This document shows positions 15,783-26,290 of a DNA stretch of 44,023 nucleotides, piece by piece (positions within the stretch are counted from its first letter, which is position 1; every line of letters starts with the position of its first letter). The stretch spans positions 1 to 44,023 of the IMG/VR virus record IMGVR_UViG_3300017700_000404. One strand, written 5' to 3'. The notes below the pieces were generated by a model, which did not search any database, was not told where the DNA came from, and was given only the letters and a program-made list of their open reading frames with translations. Origin of the DNA: a virus. Lineage: Duplodnaviria > Caudoviricetes. The position numbers and the translations under genes were made by a program.

Positions 15783-17717
15783 ATGGCAACTCCCTCTACT
15801 CCCAAGCCACTCACAGATGACGCACAAGCTGCTGTCATTAACTACTTGACTGCTGCTACTAGTTTGTACAACGGTAGTTTCAACATCCGCAATCAGCTAC
15901 TCACGCAAGATCGTGCGTACTATCGTGAGCAAGATGGGACTCGTGAGCAGTGGCGGGCTCGCGTAGCTAATGACACTGGCGATGCTACGAAAGTACAGAA
16001 CATTACAGTGCCAGTAGTTATGCCACAAGTGGAGTCAGCACTAGCCTATCTGAGTGACACGTTTCTCACAGGCTATCCAATCTTTGGAGTTGTTTCTCCA
16101 CCTGAATTTGCTGATGCTCTTGGCGCCATGGAAACTCTCATTGGCGAGAACTCTATTCGTGCTGGCTGGCCAATGCACTTGATGCAATGTCTCAGAAACG
16201 GATTGAAGCATGATCTTGGAGCTGTGGAAGTTGTCTGGGAAACTCGCAAAACTTTCAACATTGGAACTCCTGAGCTGAACAAGTTGGAGCAAGGGAAAGT
16301 TAATGAGACCCAGTACCAAGGGAATTTCATCAAGAATCTTACACCTTACAATTTGATTCTAGATACTCGGGTATCTCCTGACAAGAATCACATCGAAGGT
16401 GAGTATGCTGGCTACACTGAGATGCTCAGCAGAATTGAAGCTAAGAAGCGTGCAGATGATCTAGATCCACTAGGTACTATGAACTTTAGAAAAGCTTGGG
16501 AGTCTGGTACTCCTGGCCCTGCTAGCAGCAATTCTCCTGTTGGCAATTTCTACCTGCCAGAAATCAATCCTAGCGCTCTGCTGCAACCTTCGCAGACTCA
16601 AGAGTTTAACTGGATGAACTGGGCTGGGATTACCCCCACCGCAGGTAAAACTCCCATCGCATACCGCAATGCTTACGAGTGGACAGTTCTGTATGCTCGT
16701 ATTCTGCCAAGTGATTTTGGTATGACTGGCAAGGACAGGAATCACGTACAGATCTGGAAGTTTATCATTATCAATCGCTCAGTAGTTATCTTTGCTGAAC
16801 GCCAAACTAATGCTCATAACTATCTTCCTATTGTTGTGTGCAAACCTAGCAATGATGGCATGGGGTGGCAGAGCAAGAGCTTTGGTGAGAACGTCATACC
16901 TATTCAACAAATCTCCAGTGCTCTTACTAACAGCGCACTAGCAAGTCAGAAGAAGAAAGTCTATGACAGGATCTTGTATGATCCTACCAGGATTCGCAAA
17001 CAAGACATTGACAACACTAGCCCTGTCGCTAGGATTCCTGTCAAGAACTCGGGCTTCGGCAAATCTATCAGTGATGCTATCTACGCAGTTCCATACCGCG
17101 ATGATGGTGTTGGTGACATTCTCCAAATCTCCCAACAGATTGTTGGCATGGGAGAAATTGTCAACGGACAGAACCGTGTGCAACAAGGGCAGTTCCAGAA
17201 AGGAAACAAAACTAGAACTGAATTTGAAACTGTCATGAGCAACAGTAACAGTCGTCAGAAGATGACAGCAATTGCTCTTGAGTACAGCTTCTTCACTCCC
17301 ATCAAAGAGATAATCAAAGCTAATATTTTGCAGTACCAGCCCCCTGTTACTATCATGAACAGTGAAAGCAAGAAAGCTGTCAAGGTAGATCCTGAAATGC
17401 TGCGCAAAGCTATGATTAGTTTCACGCTTTCTGATGGTTTGTTGCCAAGCGATAAGCTGTTAGATACTGGTATGTTCACTACCATGCTGCAAACAGCACA
17501 AGCAATGCCAGCAATGCAAGCTGATTATGACTTCATGGGAATGTTTAATTACATGATGGCAATTAGAGGTGCGCATTGGGTGAAAGATTTCAAGCGCAGT
17601 GAAGCAGATAAAGCAGCGTATATGGCACAGATGCAAGCAGCAGCACAAGCATCTGGCGATAAAGATGTACCAGAACCACAACCACCAGACCCAGGAGCAA
17701 CAGGAGCAGCACGATGA
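15783..17717 (+). CDS. Portal protein
   Basis: 644 aa, directly after TerL and before scaffold/capsid; KTRTEF motif typical of podoviral portals. Confidence 0.8.
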   Translation: MATPSTPKPLTDDAQAAVINYLTAATSLYNGSFNIRNQLLTQDRAYYREQDGTREQWRARVANDTGDATKVQNITVPVVMPQVESALAYLSDTFLTGYPIFGVVSPPEFADALGAMETLIGENSIRAGWPMHLMQCLRNGLKHDLGAVEVVWETRKTFNIGTPELNKLEQGKVNETQYQGNFIKNLTPYNLILDTRVSPDKNHIEGEYAGYTEMLSRIEAKKRADDLDPLGTMNFRKAWESGTPGPASSNSPVGNFYLPEINPSALLQPSQTQEFNWMNWAGITPTAGKTPIAYRNAYEWTVLYARILPSDFGMTGKDRNHVQIWKFIIINRSVVIFAERQTNAHNYLPIVVCKPSNDGMGWQSKSFGENVIPIQQISSALTNSALASQKKKVYDRILYDPTRIRKQDIDNTSPVARIPVKNSGFGKSISDAIYAVPYRDDGVGDILQISQQIVGMGEIVNGQNRVQQGQFQKGNKTRTEFETVMSNSNSRQKMTAIALEYSFFTPIKEIIKANILQYQPPVTIMNSESKKAVKVDPEMLRKAMISFTLSDGLLPSDKLLDTGMFTTMLQTAQAMPAMQADYDFMGMFNYMMAIRGAHWVKDFKRSEADKAAYMAQMQAAAQASGDKDVPEPQPPDPGATGAAR

Positions 17718-17986
17718 GCAATACTCAGACACACACAGCAGACGTAGAAGCAGATATTCGCAGGAGACTGCTAACCTATGATCAAGTTCAACACTACCAG
17801 AATCGCGTTGGCGAGCTGCTAATGGAAATGGCCTCGCTAGAAATGGCAGGGACACCAGAGAAGATAAGTCAAGAGATTGGCTTGTTCCAACTAATGAAAG
17901 GAAAGAAAGAAGCATTCGAAGAAATCATGGAAGATCATAATGCTGCGGCAGCGCAGCTAAATCCAGCTCAGTCTCAACAACAGTAA
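17714..17986 (+). CDS. Hypothetical helical protein downstream of the portal
   Basis: ATGA-coupled, GGAG RBS. Confidence 0.7.
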   Translation: MSNTQTHTADVEADIRRRLLTYDQVQHYQNRVGELLMEMASLEMAGTPEKISQEIGLFQLMKGKKEAFEEIMEDHNAAAAQLNPAQSQQQ

Positions 17987-18014
17987 TCAACTTTAACTCA
18001 ACAGAGGTATCATC

Positions 18015-18770
18015 ATGGCAGGTATGTTTGGCAATCTTTTCGGTAATAGCGCTCCTATCGTTCACAATGGAGGTCCTGGCGGTCACACGTCTCCAGCACC
18101 AGCTCCTAGTCCTGCAAGTCCACCAGCAGCAGCCCCTGCTCCTACACCAGCAGCTCCTACTGAGCCAAGTTCGCCACTTGATAATCACAGGACCTTCTGG
18201 GATAATCTAAAAGATGCTCAAGGAAAAGATGTGGCGCCAGCAGTGGACCCAACTACTACCGGAGTATTTAATTTTGATCCAGCAAAGATTGCTGATTCTG
18301 CAAAGAATCTAAACTTTACTGGTAATGTTTCTCAAGAGCTCGTCACTGAGGCTCTTGCTGGCAGCGATAAATCTCCTGCGGCTCTTGTCGCGCTGATGAA
18401 TCAAGTTGCTCAAAACGCAGTAGCAGCAATGACTGTTCAAACAGGTAAACTGATTGACCAGGGACTTGTTGCCAACAACGACCGTATCAAGACTACCTTG
18501 CCACGGCACATCAAACAGGTTCAGCTGGATCAAACCAGCTCAGACAACCCAGTGCTTTCTCATGCAGCAGCGCAACCACTTGTTGCTGCCATGAAACGAG
18601 CAGCATTTGCAAAAGATCCCAACGCAGATCCAGCAGCAGTTAACGCAGCAGTTGAGTCCTATCTTAGTGACTTTGCTACAGCACTGCTAGAAGGTTCTCC
18701 GACAGCCCTAGCTGCTAAGCAGCAAAAGGCAGCAGGAGAAACTAACTGGATGGAGTACATTAAGAGTTAG
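18015..18770 (+). CDS. Putative capsid scaffolding protein
   Basis: Pro/Ala-rich N-terminus, helical body, position before the capsid genes; GAGGT RBS. Confidence 0.65.
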   Translation: MAGMFGNLFGNSAPIVHNGGPGGHTSPAPAPSPASPPAAAPAPTPAAPTEPSSPLDNHRTFWDNLKDAQGKDVAPAVDPTTTGVFNFDPAKIADSAKNLNFTGNVSQELVTEALAGSDKSPAALVALMNQVAQNAVAAMTVQTGKLIDQGLVANNDRIKTTLPRHIKQVQLDQTSSDNPVLSHAAAQPLVAAMKRAAFAKDPNADPAAVNAAVESYLSDFATALLEGSPTALAAKQQKAAGETNWMEYIKS

Positions 18771-18795
18771 TTTTCTTTAACCTTTGGAGAAATTT

Positions 18796-19431
18796 ATGAG
18801 CCAAAATAAAGCTCGAATCGACGGCAGTGCTAATGACGTCCGTATGCAGCAGCCGAATGAAATCGTCTGCAGCATGCTGAAGTACACTGGTATTGCTACT
18901 GTTGGAGATGGTTCCATCTCTGCTTCTGCTCTTCTGAGTGGCATTGTTAACCGCACTGGTCCTATTGGTGCGTATGCAGACACTCTGCCAACTGCTGATG
19001 CTATTCTGGCAGCAGCTCCTACGCTCGGTATTGGTGATAGCTTTAGTGCCATCATCCGTAACACCGTGGCGTTTGCCAACACTATTACCACTAATACTGG
19101 TATGGTGCTTGGTAGCAATACAGCGATCGCTGCTAGTTTGGTGCGTGAATTCCTGTTCACGGTGCTGAGCAAAGGTGTCTCTGGTATCTTCTCTGGTACT
19201 ACTACCAACCTGAGTGCCACTGTTACTGGTCTTACTCAAGACCAAGCAGCTCAACTATCTCCCGGCATGGGAGTCACTGGTACTGGTGTTCCTGCTCTGA
19301 CAACTATCATCGGTGTTAACAGCACTCTTGGTACTGTTACTCTCAGTGCTAATGCTACGGCGTCTGGCACTGTAGGTCTGACATTCTTCAACCGTATCTC
19401 GGTTGATGGTGTTCGTAGTTCTACGCTGTAA
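18796..19431 (+). CDS. Putative capsid decoration/minor head protein
   Basis: Thr/Gly/Val-rich beta protein (DTLPTADAILAA; PGMGVTGTGVP...TVTLSANATA); GGAGA RBS supports ATG 18796. Confidence 0.55.
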   Translation: MSQNKARIDGSANDVRMQQPNEIVCSMLKYTGIATVGDGSISASALLSGIVNRTGPIGAYADTLPTADAILAAAPTLGIGDSFSAIIRNTVAFANTITTNTGMVLGSNTAIAASLVREFLFTVLSKGVSGIFSGTTTNLSATVTGLTQDQAAQLSPGMGVTGTGVPALTTIIGVNSTLGTVTLSANATASGTVGLTFFNRISVDGVRSSTL

Positions 19432-19470
19432 GCACCAGCTAGAAAAACTTTTTAACTAAGGAGAATTAAC

Positions 19471-20676
19471 ATGGTTGGTGCATTTAATACCGCGATGATC
19501 CCAGAAGATCTTGCAAAGAAATCGTTCAGTGCGATGATCACCAGGCTCATGCCTAATGGTGATGCTCCGCTGTTCGGACTGACAGCATTGCTGAAAGAAG
19601 AAACTGCGTTCCAGATTGAACACGGCTTCTTCTCCAAGACGATGCTGTTCCCACAGATGGTACTGGCTGGTGCTGTCGCTGTTGGTGACACTGTCATCAA
19701 TGTGGTGAGCACTGCTAACGTCATTCCTGGCATGATGTTCCGCAGCGATACTACCAATGAGAACATTCTGATCACTTCTGTGAACAGTCCTACTCAGGTC
19801 AACGTGCAGCGCGCTGTTGGTACTATTCCTGCTCAGGCAATTGCTGATGCTGTGAATCTGTGGATGGTTGGTAATGCTTATGAAGAAGCATCCCTGCGTC
19901 CGCAGTCTGTGTTGATTATCCCTGAGCGGATCGTCAACTACACGCAGATCTTCCGCAACACTTGGGCTGTGAGTGACACCACTCGTGCTACCATGATGAT
20001 TGCTGGTGACACTGCTGTTGCTGAGAGCAAAGCTGATTGCGCTGCTTTCCACGCTGCTGATATTGAGAAAGCCCTGTTCTTTGGACAGAAGTTTCTCGGT
20101 GCTCGCAACAACCAGCCGTTCCACACCATGGATGGTCTGATCAATGCTATCACTCAGCGTGCTCCTGGTAATATCACCACTGCTGGTGCTACTACCAACT
20201 GGACTCAGCTGATGGCAGCACTGGATCCACTGTTCAACCAAGTTACAGATCCTAAGGGCAAGCCTGAGCGGATTCTGTTTGTTGGTGGTGCTGCTCGCAA
20301 CGTGTTGCACAACATCTTCCGTCTCAATAGCACCTACTTCATTGAAGATGGTCAAACTGAGTGGGGCATGCAGTACGACAGTTTCAAGATCCCTCGTGGT
20401 CGTTTTACCATCATTGAGCACCCACTGTTCAATGCTTATGGTCAGACTAGCACTTGGGCTAAGATGGCTGTTGGTGTTGACCTCAACACGTTCAACATTG
20501 CTTACATGACTGGTCGCAAGACTACGAATCGTGAGTTCAACATGAACGGTGCAGTTGCTGTTGACAACGGTGTGGATGCTGTTGGTGGTACTCTCACCAG
20601 CGAGCTGACTTGCCTTGTCAAGAATCCATCTGCTGATGGTGTGATCTACAACCTGACTGCTGGCGTCGCTGGCTAA
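19471..20676 (+). CDS. Major capsid protein (HK97 fold, DUF5309/SU10-like, with an inserted beta domain)
   Basis: TAAGGAG RBS; NYTQIFRNTWAVSDT and HAADIEKALFFG...TMDGL motifs; terminator downstream. Confidence 0.88.
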   Translation: MVGAFNTAMIPEDLAKKSFSAMITRLMPNGDAPLFGLTALLKEETAFQIEHGFFSKTMLFPQMVLAGAVAVGDTVINVVSTANVIPGMMFRSDTTNENILITSVNSPTQVNVQRAVGTIPAQAIADAVNLWMVGNAYEEASLRPQSVLIIPERIVNYTQIFRNTWAVSDTTRATMMIAGDTAVAESKADCAAFHAADIEKALFFGQKFLGARNNQPFHTMDGLINAITQRAPGNITTAGATTNWTQLMAALDPLFNQVTDPKGKPERILFVGGAARNVLHNIFRLNSTYFIEDGQTEWGMQYDSFKIPRGRFTIIEHPLFNAYGQTSTWAKMAVGVDLNTFNIAYMTGRKTTNREFNMNGAVAVDNGVDAVGGTLTSELTCLVKNPSADGVIYNLTAGVAG

Positions 20677-20691
20677 TCAGGAGCATCAATC

Positions 20692-21000
20692 ATGCCTAGC
20701 ATGAAACTGCCGTCCAATGTGAGTGCTATCACGGTTAACGCCAGTGCTAAAACTCCAGTGGGCGGCAGGATTGATCTAACTGCCGCAGAGTTCGCTACTT
20801 TGACGGGTGCTGGCGGTGTACAAACTAAGCCATTCTTAGTTAAGACCGCGGCCAACGGAGATACAACTATTCGCTTTCCATCTATCGTGAGTTCTGTAAC
20901 GATCAATGCGGTACAGTACACACCAAATGGCAGTGGAGATATTGTAGTTCCTGCAGCAGCTGCGTCGAACTTCCTTGAACAGAATAAGTACGCACTGTAA
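20692..21000 (+). CDS. Small putative virion protein with an internal duplication
   Basis: AGGAG RBS; KLPSNVSAITVNA versus RFPSIVSSVTINA. Confidence 0.65.
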   Translation: MPSMKLPSNVSAITVNASAKTPVGGRIDLTAAEFATLTGAGGVQTKPFLVKTAANGDTTIRFPSIVSSVTINAVQYTPNGSGDIVVPAAAASNFLEQNKYAL

Positions 21001-21043
21001 GAGTTTTCTGTGAGTGTCTGCTGGTGCTTGATCGTGCCATTAG

Positions 21044-21086
21044 CCTGAGACTTGAAGTTACCCACTTCTTGTCTCAGGTTCTTTTT
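21044..21086 (+). terminator. Rho-independent terminator after the capsid operon
   Basis: CCTGAGAC...GAAGT-TACCC-ACTTC...GTCTCAGG then TTCTTTTT. Confidence 0.75.
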
Positions 21087-21169
21087 AAGAGACACTTGCT
21101 GAAAGTTCACACTTTCAATTCGGTAGAAGATAGCAGACAGTCATTAATCAACTTTTCTAGGAGTTAATC

Positions 21170-21724
21170 ATGGGTCAATTATTGGATCAAGTTAAAGCAC
21201 GTGAAGCAGAACTGCAAGGTGCTGAACAAGCAGTGCAGCCAGGAGCAGGTCAGCCGCTGGTAGCAGCACTGCGTCAGAATCCGAACGTCTCAGTTCTGGA
21301 AGAAACCCCACTGCAGAAAGTAGTGCATGCTCTGGAAACTGCCAAGACGTATGTGCACCAAGTTGCTGGTGCTAGTACCATCATGCCAGATGGTCGTCGT
21401 CTGATCTTTGCTGGTAAAACTGGTCGTGCTTTGCAAGGCGGCGGCTGGCTTCCCGGTGGCATGGGCTACTACACTACTGGTAAGGAAGAAGAAATTGCTT
21501 GGCTAGAAGATATCTGCAAAGCTCCTACTTCCCAGATCACTCGTCTCATTGAAGACAAGGTGCGTCATGTGGAAGTTATTGAGAAGAAGCAAGTTGATCC
21601 AGCACTTGCTGATGCCGTGGAAGATGCTGCTGCCAACAGCCGTCGTGCTACAGATCCTGCTGTTGCTGCTGCTCAAAACAACATTGGTAAGACCATTGCC
21701 AATGACACAGCTGGTCAGCAGTAA
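21170..21724 (+). CDS. Hypothetical protein
   Basis: AGGAG RBS. Confidence 0.8.
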   Translation: MGQLLDQVKAREAELQGAEQAVQPGAGQPLVAALRQNPNVSVLEETPLQKVVHALETAKTYVHQVAGASTIMPDGRRLIFAGKTGRALQGGGWLPGGMGYYTTGKEEEIAWLEDICKAPTSQITRLIEDKVRHVEVIEKKQVDPALADAVEDAAANSRRATDPAVAAAQNNIGKTIANDTAGQQ

Positions 21725-21752
21725 GTTTCAGTAAGAGACATTGGAGAGTTGC

Positions 21753-22376
21753 ATGAGTTATCAAACTGATCTCTTTGACGCCATGGTGAATGACGTTATT
21801 ACGTTGACTGCCCGTCCTGACTTAGCAGATGAAACTGCTCTGGCATTGCGGACAGCTACTAATAATGCTCACTTCTCTGATGGTTATCCTAGGGATCTAG
21901 TTACACAAACCGTGCAACTTCCTAATGCTTCATACCAGACAACTCTGAACATTCCAACACTGTTTCCACGATTTCGTGGATTATCAGCAATTCGACCGTT
22001 AGATGTTAATTTTGTTCCTGTCTTTGCTTACGGAGAAGAGGGCAGAATTAATGTGATTGAGCTGGGTGATATCTATGATGACTATGGAGCCATTAAAAAT
22101 AACATAGCTTACGTAGCAGGCGAGAGCTTGAACATCCGCAGTTTAACTAACACCTACGGCTTTTTAGTTGAGTGGTTCAAAGCACCTGAGACTATGAGAG
22201 AGCTGTACAACAGCTGGATTGCTCAGTTGTACCCTGATGTTATTCTCTACTGGGCTGCTAGCATTGTGCTAGATACCAATGGTAATGAAGAAAAAGCTAA
22301 AAAATACATGGGCATGACACAGTCAGTTCACATTCCTTATTTGAAAAATAACTTCTTACTTGGAGTAATACGATGA
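21753..22376 (+). CDS. Putative head-tail adaptor (tail tubular A-like)
   Basis: Size, position and NSWIAQLYPDVILYWAA motif; GGAGAG RBS supports ATG 21753. Confidence 0.6.
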   Translation: MSYQTDLFDAMVNDVITLTARPDLADETALALRTATNNAHFSDGYPRDLVTQTVQLPNASYQTTLNIPTLFPRFRGLSAIRPLDVNFVPVFAYGEEGRINVIELGDIYDDYGAIKNNIAYVAGESLNIRSLTNTYGFLVEWFKAPETMRELYNSWIAQLYPDVILYWAASIVLDTNGNEEKAKKYMGMTQSVHIPYLKNNFLLGVIR

Positions 22377-22756
22377 CAGCAATTGCAGCATGGGGTACCA
22401 ACGGGAATGCAGGTTTTGCAATTCCCATGGAGCAAGCAACTCCCACAATTCCTGACGTTCAAGCCTATGTGCTGGCATGGGATCCTGTTCAGCAACTGCT
22501 GGCTTACGTCCCTGTCAGCATTGATAAACTGACAGGCAATCTCACACCTACTGGTAATCTGTACTTGCCAGCTGGCAAAGCATTGTACAATGCAGGTAAC
22601 CAAGTAGTGGGTGCCCGCGCCACTGGTTGGACTGCTGATACTGGTACTGCACTGCGGACAGGATTTGACACTGCTACTGTCACGCTTGCTCAGCTTGCTG
22701 GTCAGGTGATGGCACTTAAGCAGGATCTAACAACTCATGGCTTGATCGGAGCTTAA
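22373..22756 (+). CDS. Short protein with a P22 gp26 tail-needle-like C-terminal domain
   Basis: NQVVGARATGWTADTGTA...ALKQDLTTHGLI resembles the recalled gp26 tip VVGARQTGWTAATGTA...ALEDALRAHGLI. Confidence 0.65.
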   Translation: MTAIAAWGTNGNAGFAIPMEQATPTIPDVQAYVLAWDPVQQLLAYVPVSIDKLTGNLTPTGNLYLPAGKALYNAGNQVVGARATGWTADTGTALRTGFDTATVTLAQLAGQVMALKQDLTTHGLIGA

Positions 22757-22758
22757 AG

Positions 22759-23073
22759 ATGAGCGATCACCCTATCACTGATGATTATGGCAACACAGTA
22801 GATCGCAGAGATGCTAAAGGGTTGAAAGTTGCTTATGATCCTAGAATCTCACTAAACACCATACTCATGTGCTTGACAGCAGTAGGTGTTAGTTGGGGGC
22901 TCATTGACAAGATAACAGCCAATGCTACTATCACTGCTCAAGCTCAGGCACAAACTACCAGCAATACAGCAGCTATAGCTACCATCAACCAGCAAAGGTT
23001 CATCGACAGGCAAGAATTACTTGCTGAGATTCGAGAACTTCGTAACGATATCAAAGCACTTCCTAGGAAATAA
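22759..23073 (+). CDS. Single-TM plus coiled-coil protein (possible holin/antiholin-type)
   Basis: ISLNTILMCLTAVGVSWGLI hydrophobic segment; C-terminal ELLAEIRELRNDIK. Confidence 0.55.
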   Translation: MSDHPITDDYGNTVDRRDAKGLKVAYDPRISLNTILMCLTAVGVSWGLIDKITANATITAQAQAQTTSNTAAIATINQQRFIDRQELLAEIRELRNDIKALPRK

Positions 23074-23075
23074 TC

Positions 23076-24626
23076 ATGGCATACGTACCAGATCCTACCA
23101 ACGTCAACGAGCCCACTGACAGTACTAAAGCAGGTACTGCTGATGATGAATTTCGTGCGCTGAAAGCGTACATCCAAGGATTGGTACTTGGAGCTGTTAG
23201 TCAGGGACCGACAGTTAGGCAAACTGCATTGATTGGTAGTCAGGATGCTAATGGCGATCCTAACTTTCTTGCTGCTGGTACTGGCTTAGCAGTTGATGTG
23301 GATGGATTAGCCGCGCCACTTGCTCTTACCTACGCTGCTGGCTCTGGAGCTGCTGGTGATATTAACTACAGCGAAGCAATTAATGAGGATGTAGTTGATG
23401 CTGTCACTGGTTTAGCTCCTAGTAATTTGAGCTACATTACTAAGATTTTCAATGGCGCTTGGGGTAAAACTCTTGCACCTGTGCAGTACGGAAAGGTCTT
23501 TGATAAAACAGCTCAACTGTTAATTCGTTGGCCTGGTATTAATAATGCAACAGTTACCACAGAAGATTTTGGAAATGTTGCCACTTTTGCAGGTAACGCT
23601 AAACTGAGTACGGCCGTTCAGATTCTGGGACTTAATACAGTAGCACTAGATGGAACTACTGACTTGGTACACATTCCATTTACCACTGTAGGGTCTGGAA
23701 GTTGGGAAATTATCACTAGCTTTAGAACTTCTAGTTTAGCAGCACAGCAAATGCTGTTGAATGTGGGGCGATCAAACACAGTAGGACTTCAGTTAATCAT
23801 AACTACAGGCGGGAAAATTACAACTTACCTGTCTAGCACAGGTGGCTCTAATGATATCATTAATGGCACCGCTGGTGCTACCACATTAGTTATCAACACT
23901 ACCTACTATCTCAGATTTGTGTTCGATGCAGTAGCTGGAACTTATCAAATTTATCTCAGTAATAATGGAGCAGCAGAGGTACAAGATTTTACATTCTCTT
24001 CAACTCTTAGAATGTGCAGTGTTGCCGCTTTTACAATAGGTGCTGGAGTGGATGCGTCAATTGGATTCAATGGTAATATTGGATTCACTGGTTTCCGTCG
24101 TTTTGCTAGTTTCACCAGCGCACAAGCAACAGGCCCCACAGTAGCACCTACATTTGCAGATGTTAAATCTGACTTCTTCAGTATTCCTCAGATGAAGATG
24201 TATGAAATCACTGCTGAAAGTACAGTTGCTGGTACTGATCCAGCAATGACAGCAGTGAATAAATTGTATGTAGGAGAAACAGTTACTGGAGTTTCTAGTG
24301 TTACATCGGTGGTCAGTTATGCGTTTAAAGGAAGATATGAGAGTGAGTGGTTTGCAGTAGTAGCTAGTACTCAATATCCGAAATCCCACAATTTAGGAGT
24401 AATTCCTCAACAAGTGCAGCCGCTTGTAGCAGATTCAATTACAGGACAAAATCCTCGATTGGTAGCTCCTTACTATAACGGAGCAGCTGCTTTTGGAGCC
24501 AACCAGATTGGAGCTATTACTAGACTCAGTATTAGCTATGCCACCTTAACTAATATCGCGTTTTCTGTAGCAGGCAGTACGCAAACTACTGGTTTTTATA
24601 AGTACAGTGTTAATCGTGGCTGGTAA
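23076..24626 (+). CDS. Tail fibre / receptor-binding protein with a LamG/ConA-like domain
   Basis: N-terminal ADDEFRALKAYI anchor; FAGNAKLSTA...ALDGTTD...FNGNI lectin-like pattern; HNLGVIP motif. Confidence 0.75.
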   Translation: MAYVPDPTNVNEPTDSTKAGTADDEFRALKAYIQGLVLGAVSQGPTVRQTALIGSQDANGDPNFLAAGTGLAVDVDGLAAPLALTYAAGSGAAGDINYSEAINEDVVDAVTGLAPSNLSYITKIFNGAWGKTLAPVQYGKVFDKTAQLLIRWPGINNATVTTEDFGNVATFAGNAKLSTAVQILGLNTVALDGTTDLVHIPFTTVGSGSWEIITSFRTSSLAAQQMLLNVGRSNTVGLQLIITTGGKITTYLSSTGGSNDIINGTAGATTLVINTTYYLRFVFDAVAGTYQIYLSNNGAAEVQDFTFSSTLRMCSVAAFTIGAGVDASIGFNGNIGFTGFRRFASFTSAQATGPTVAPTFADVKSDFFSIPQMKMYEITAESTVAGTDPAMTAVNKLYVGETVTGVSSVTSVVSYAFKGRYESEWFAVVASTQYPKSHNLGVIPQQVQPLVADSITGQNPRLVAPYYNGAAAFGANQIGAITRLSISYATLTNIAFSVAGSTQTTGFYKYSVNRGW

Positions 24627-24640
24627 CTGAGACTCAACTC

Positions 24641-26290
24641 ATGGCAAAACAACGGTTCAAAGGTGCTCTTAATGCAGCATCTTTCCCAATGGTTAGTATC
24701 CTGCAGTCTCGCACAGTAGTGCAGGCTGGACTAGATATTAACGCACGGCCGCCAAAAGCTAATGCTATCGCTGAAGACTACGACTACGGAGTTCCTCAAC
24801 TCTGCTACTGCGAGAATGTAGTACCTACTGGAGAAGGACTGCAATCTGTTGGATACAGTCGTGTGATTGAAGGACTAGCTGGCATTGCAGCTTTTGATCA
24901 AGCTATCACGTTGCGAGATGCTGATGAGAATAACTTCATCTTATCTCCTGCTGGTGGGCTGAATTACATCTATACTGCCAATGCAGGAGTATGGGAATCT
25001 GTCAACCCATTGACAGGAGCAGAAGGCAAACTAGTTACTCGAGCGTATGTCAATGGCAGAACGTTTGTCTGTTATGAAGGACTAGGCATCTACGAGTATG
25101 ATGCTACTCTAGGTACTTTTGACAAGCAGACAGTCCAAGGACTTGCAGATGCTGACATTCGTGGAGTAGGTGGAAGCAGCAACTACCTGCTGATCTTCAC
25201 AGAACTCACAGTACACTGGAGCTCGCTAGTTGACCCGCTCGACATGGTTCCTAGTCTCCAAACTGGAGCTGGTTTTGCTATTCCTCAGGACGTCAAAGGC
25301 AGAATTACTGCCGTGCTTGGGATCGCTGGAGGCTTCATAGTCTACACGACTAAGAATGCTGTTGCGGCAGTTTACACGAATAACACTCGCGCTCCTTTTA
25401 CCTTCAAAGAAGTCAGCAATGCTGGTGGTATCCTTAGCTACGAGCAAGTTACCAGTGAGCAAAACTCTGGCCCGCACTACGCCTGGACTACTGGCGGTCT
25501 GCAAAAGATTACCATCCAAGGCAGCGAACAAGTTAGTGCTGAAGTCAGCGACTTTCTAGCAGGTAAGATGTGGGAGTACTGGGATTACAGCAACAAGCGA
25601 CTGGAACAAGTTTACAGTGAGAGTGCAGAGTTTCCAGTTAAGGTAGCTTTCATTAGCTCCCGCTGGCTTGTTGTTAGTTACAACACAGGCAGTGGTTCTG
25701 GTGTGTATAACTATGCATTGATCTACGACATTAGCTTGAAGCGCTGGGGTAAACTTAAACTCGATCATGTGGATTGTTTCTATTATCCTTATCCTAATTT
25801 GTTTGGTGATCTCACATACGGTGATCTGAACAACACTAGTTATGGAGAGTTGGAGAATACCAGTTACGGTGATTTGTCGTTTGGAGTTGCTAGTGATCCT
25901 CCTAGCAAGTTGTGTGTAGGATTCCTCACAGCTACGGGCAGTGTAGAGATTCTAGAAATGGACTATAACAAAGATGTGCAACAACTAGGAGTTGTGATCT
26001 TTGGCAAGTTCCAACTACGTCGTGCTAACCTGATGACGATTCAACAAGTAGATATTGAAGGTGTGTACCAAGATACTTTCACACAACAGCCTCACTTTGA
26101 AATTTTTGCCGCGGCTAGTGTTGATGGTTACAAGCCTGATGCTATCTATCCAATGACACTGCTCAAAGCAGGAAGCAAGTTTGCCAAGTTTGCTAAACGA
26201 CTAACTGGTATGAATGTCTCACTTATTCTGCTTGGTACGTTTGCTCTCAGTGCGTATGTTTTGGAGGTAACAGAAGATGGCGATAGATAG
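24641..26290 (+). CDS. Putative tail nozzle / tubular protein B (P22 gp10-like)
   Basis: 549-aa beta-rich protein; VHWSSLVDPLD and LIYDISLKRW motifs; position. Confidence 0.65.
   Translation: MAKQRFKGALNAASFPMVSILQSRTVVQAGLDINARPPKANAIAEDYDYGVPQLCYCENVVPTGEGLQSVGYSRVIEGLAGIAAFDQAITLRDADENNFILSPAGGLNYIYTANAGVWESVNPLTGAEGKLVTRAYVNGRTFVCYEGLGIYEYDATLGTFDKQTVQGLADADIRGVGGSSNYLLIFTELTVHWSSLVDPLDMVPSLQTGAGFAIPQDVKGRITAVLGIAGGFIVYTTKNAVAAVYTNNTRAPFTFKEVSNAGGILSYEQVTSEQNSGPHYAWTTGGLQKITIQGSEQVSAEVSDFLAGKMWEYWDYSNKRLEQVYSESAEFPVKVAFISSRWLVVSYNTGSGSGVYNYALIYDISLKRWGKLKLDHVDCFYYPYPNLFGDLTYGDLNNTSYGELENTSYGDLSFGVASDPPSKLCVGFLTATGSVEILEMDYNKDVQQLGVVIFGKFQLRRANLMTIQQVDIEGVYQDTFTQQPHFEIFAAASVDGYKPDAIYPMTLLKAGSKFAKFAKRLTGMNVSLILLGTFALSAYVLEVTEDGDR

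Noticed and set aside
19456-20421. 321-aa minus-strand ORF (similarly 4633-5394 on the plus strand and other antisense ORFs)
   Set aside because: Antisense to well-supported genes with biased codon use; no RBS or motifs
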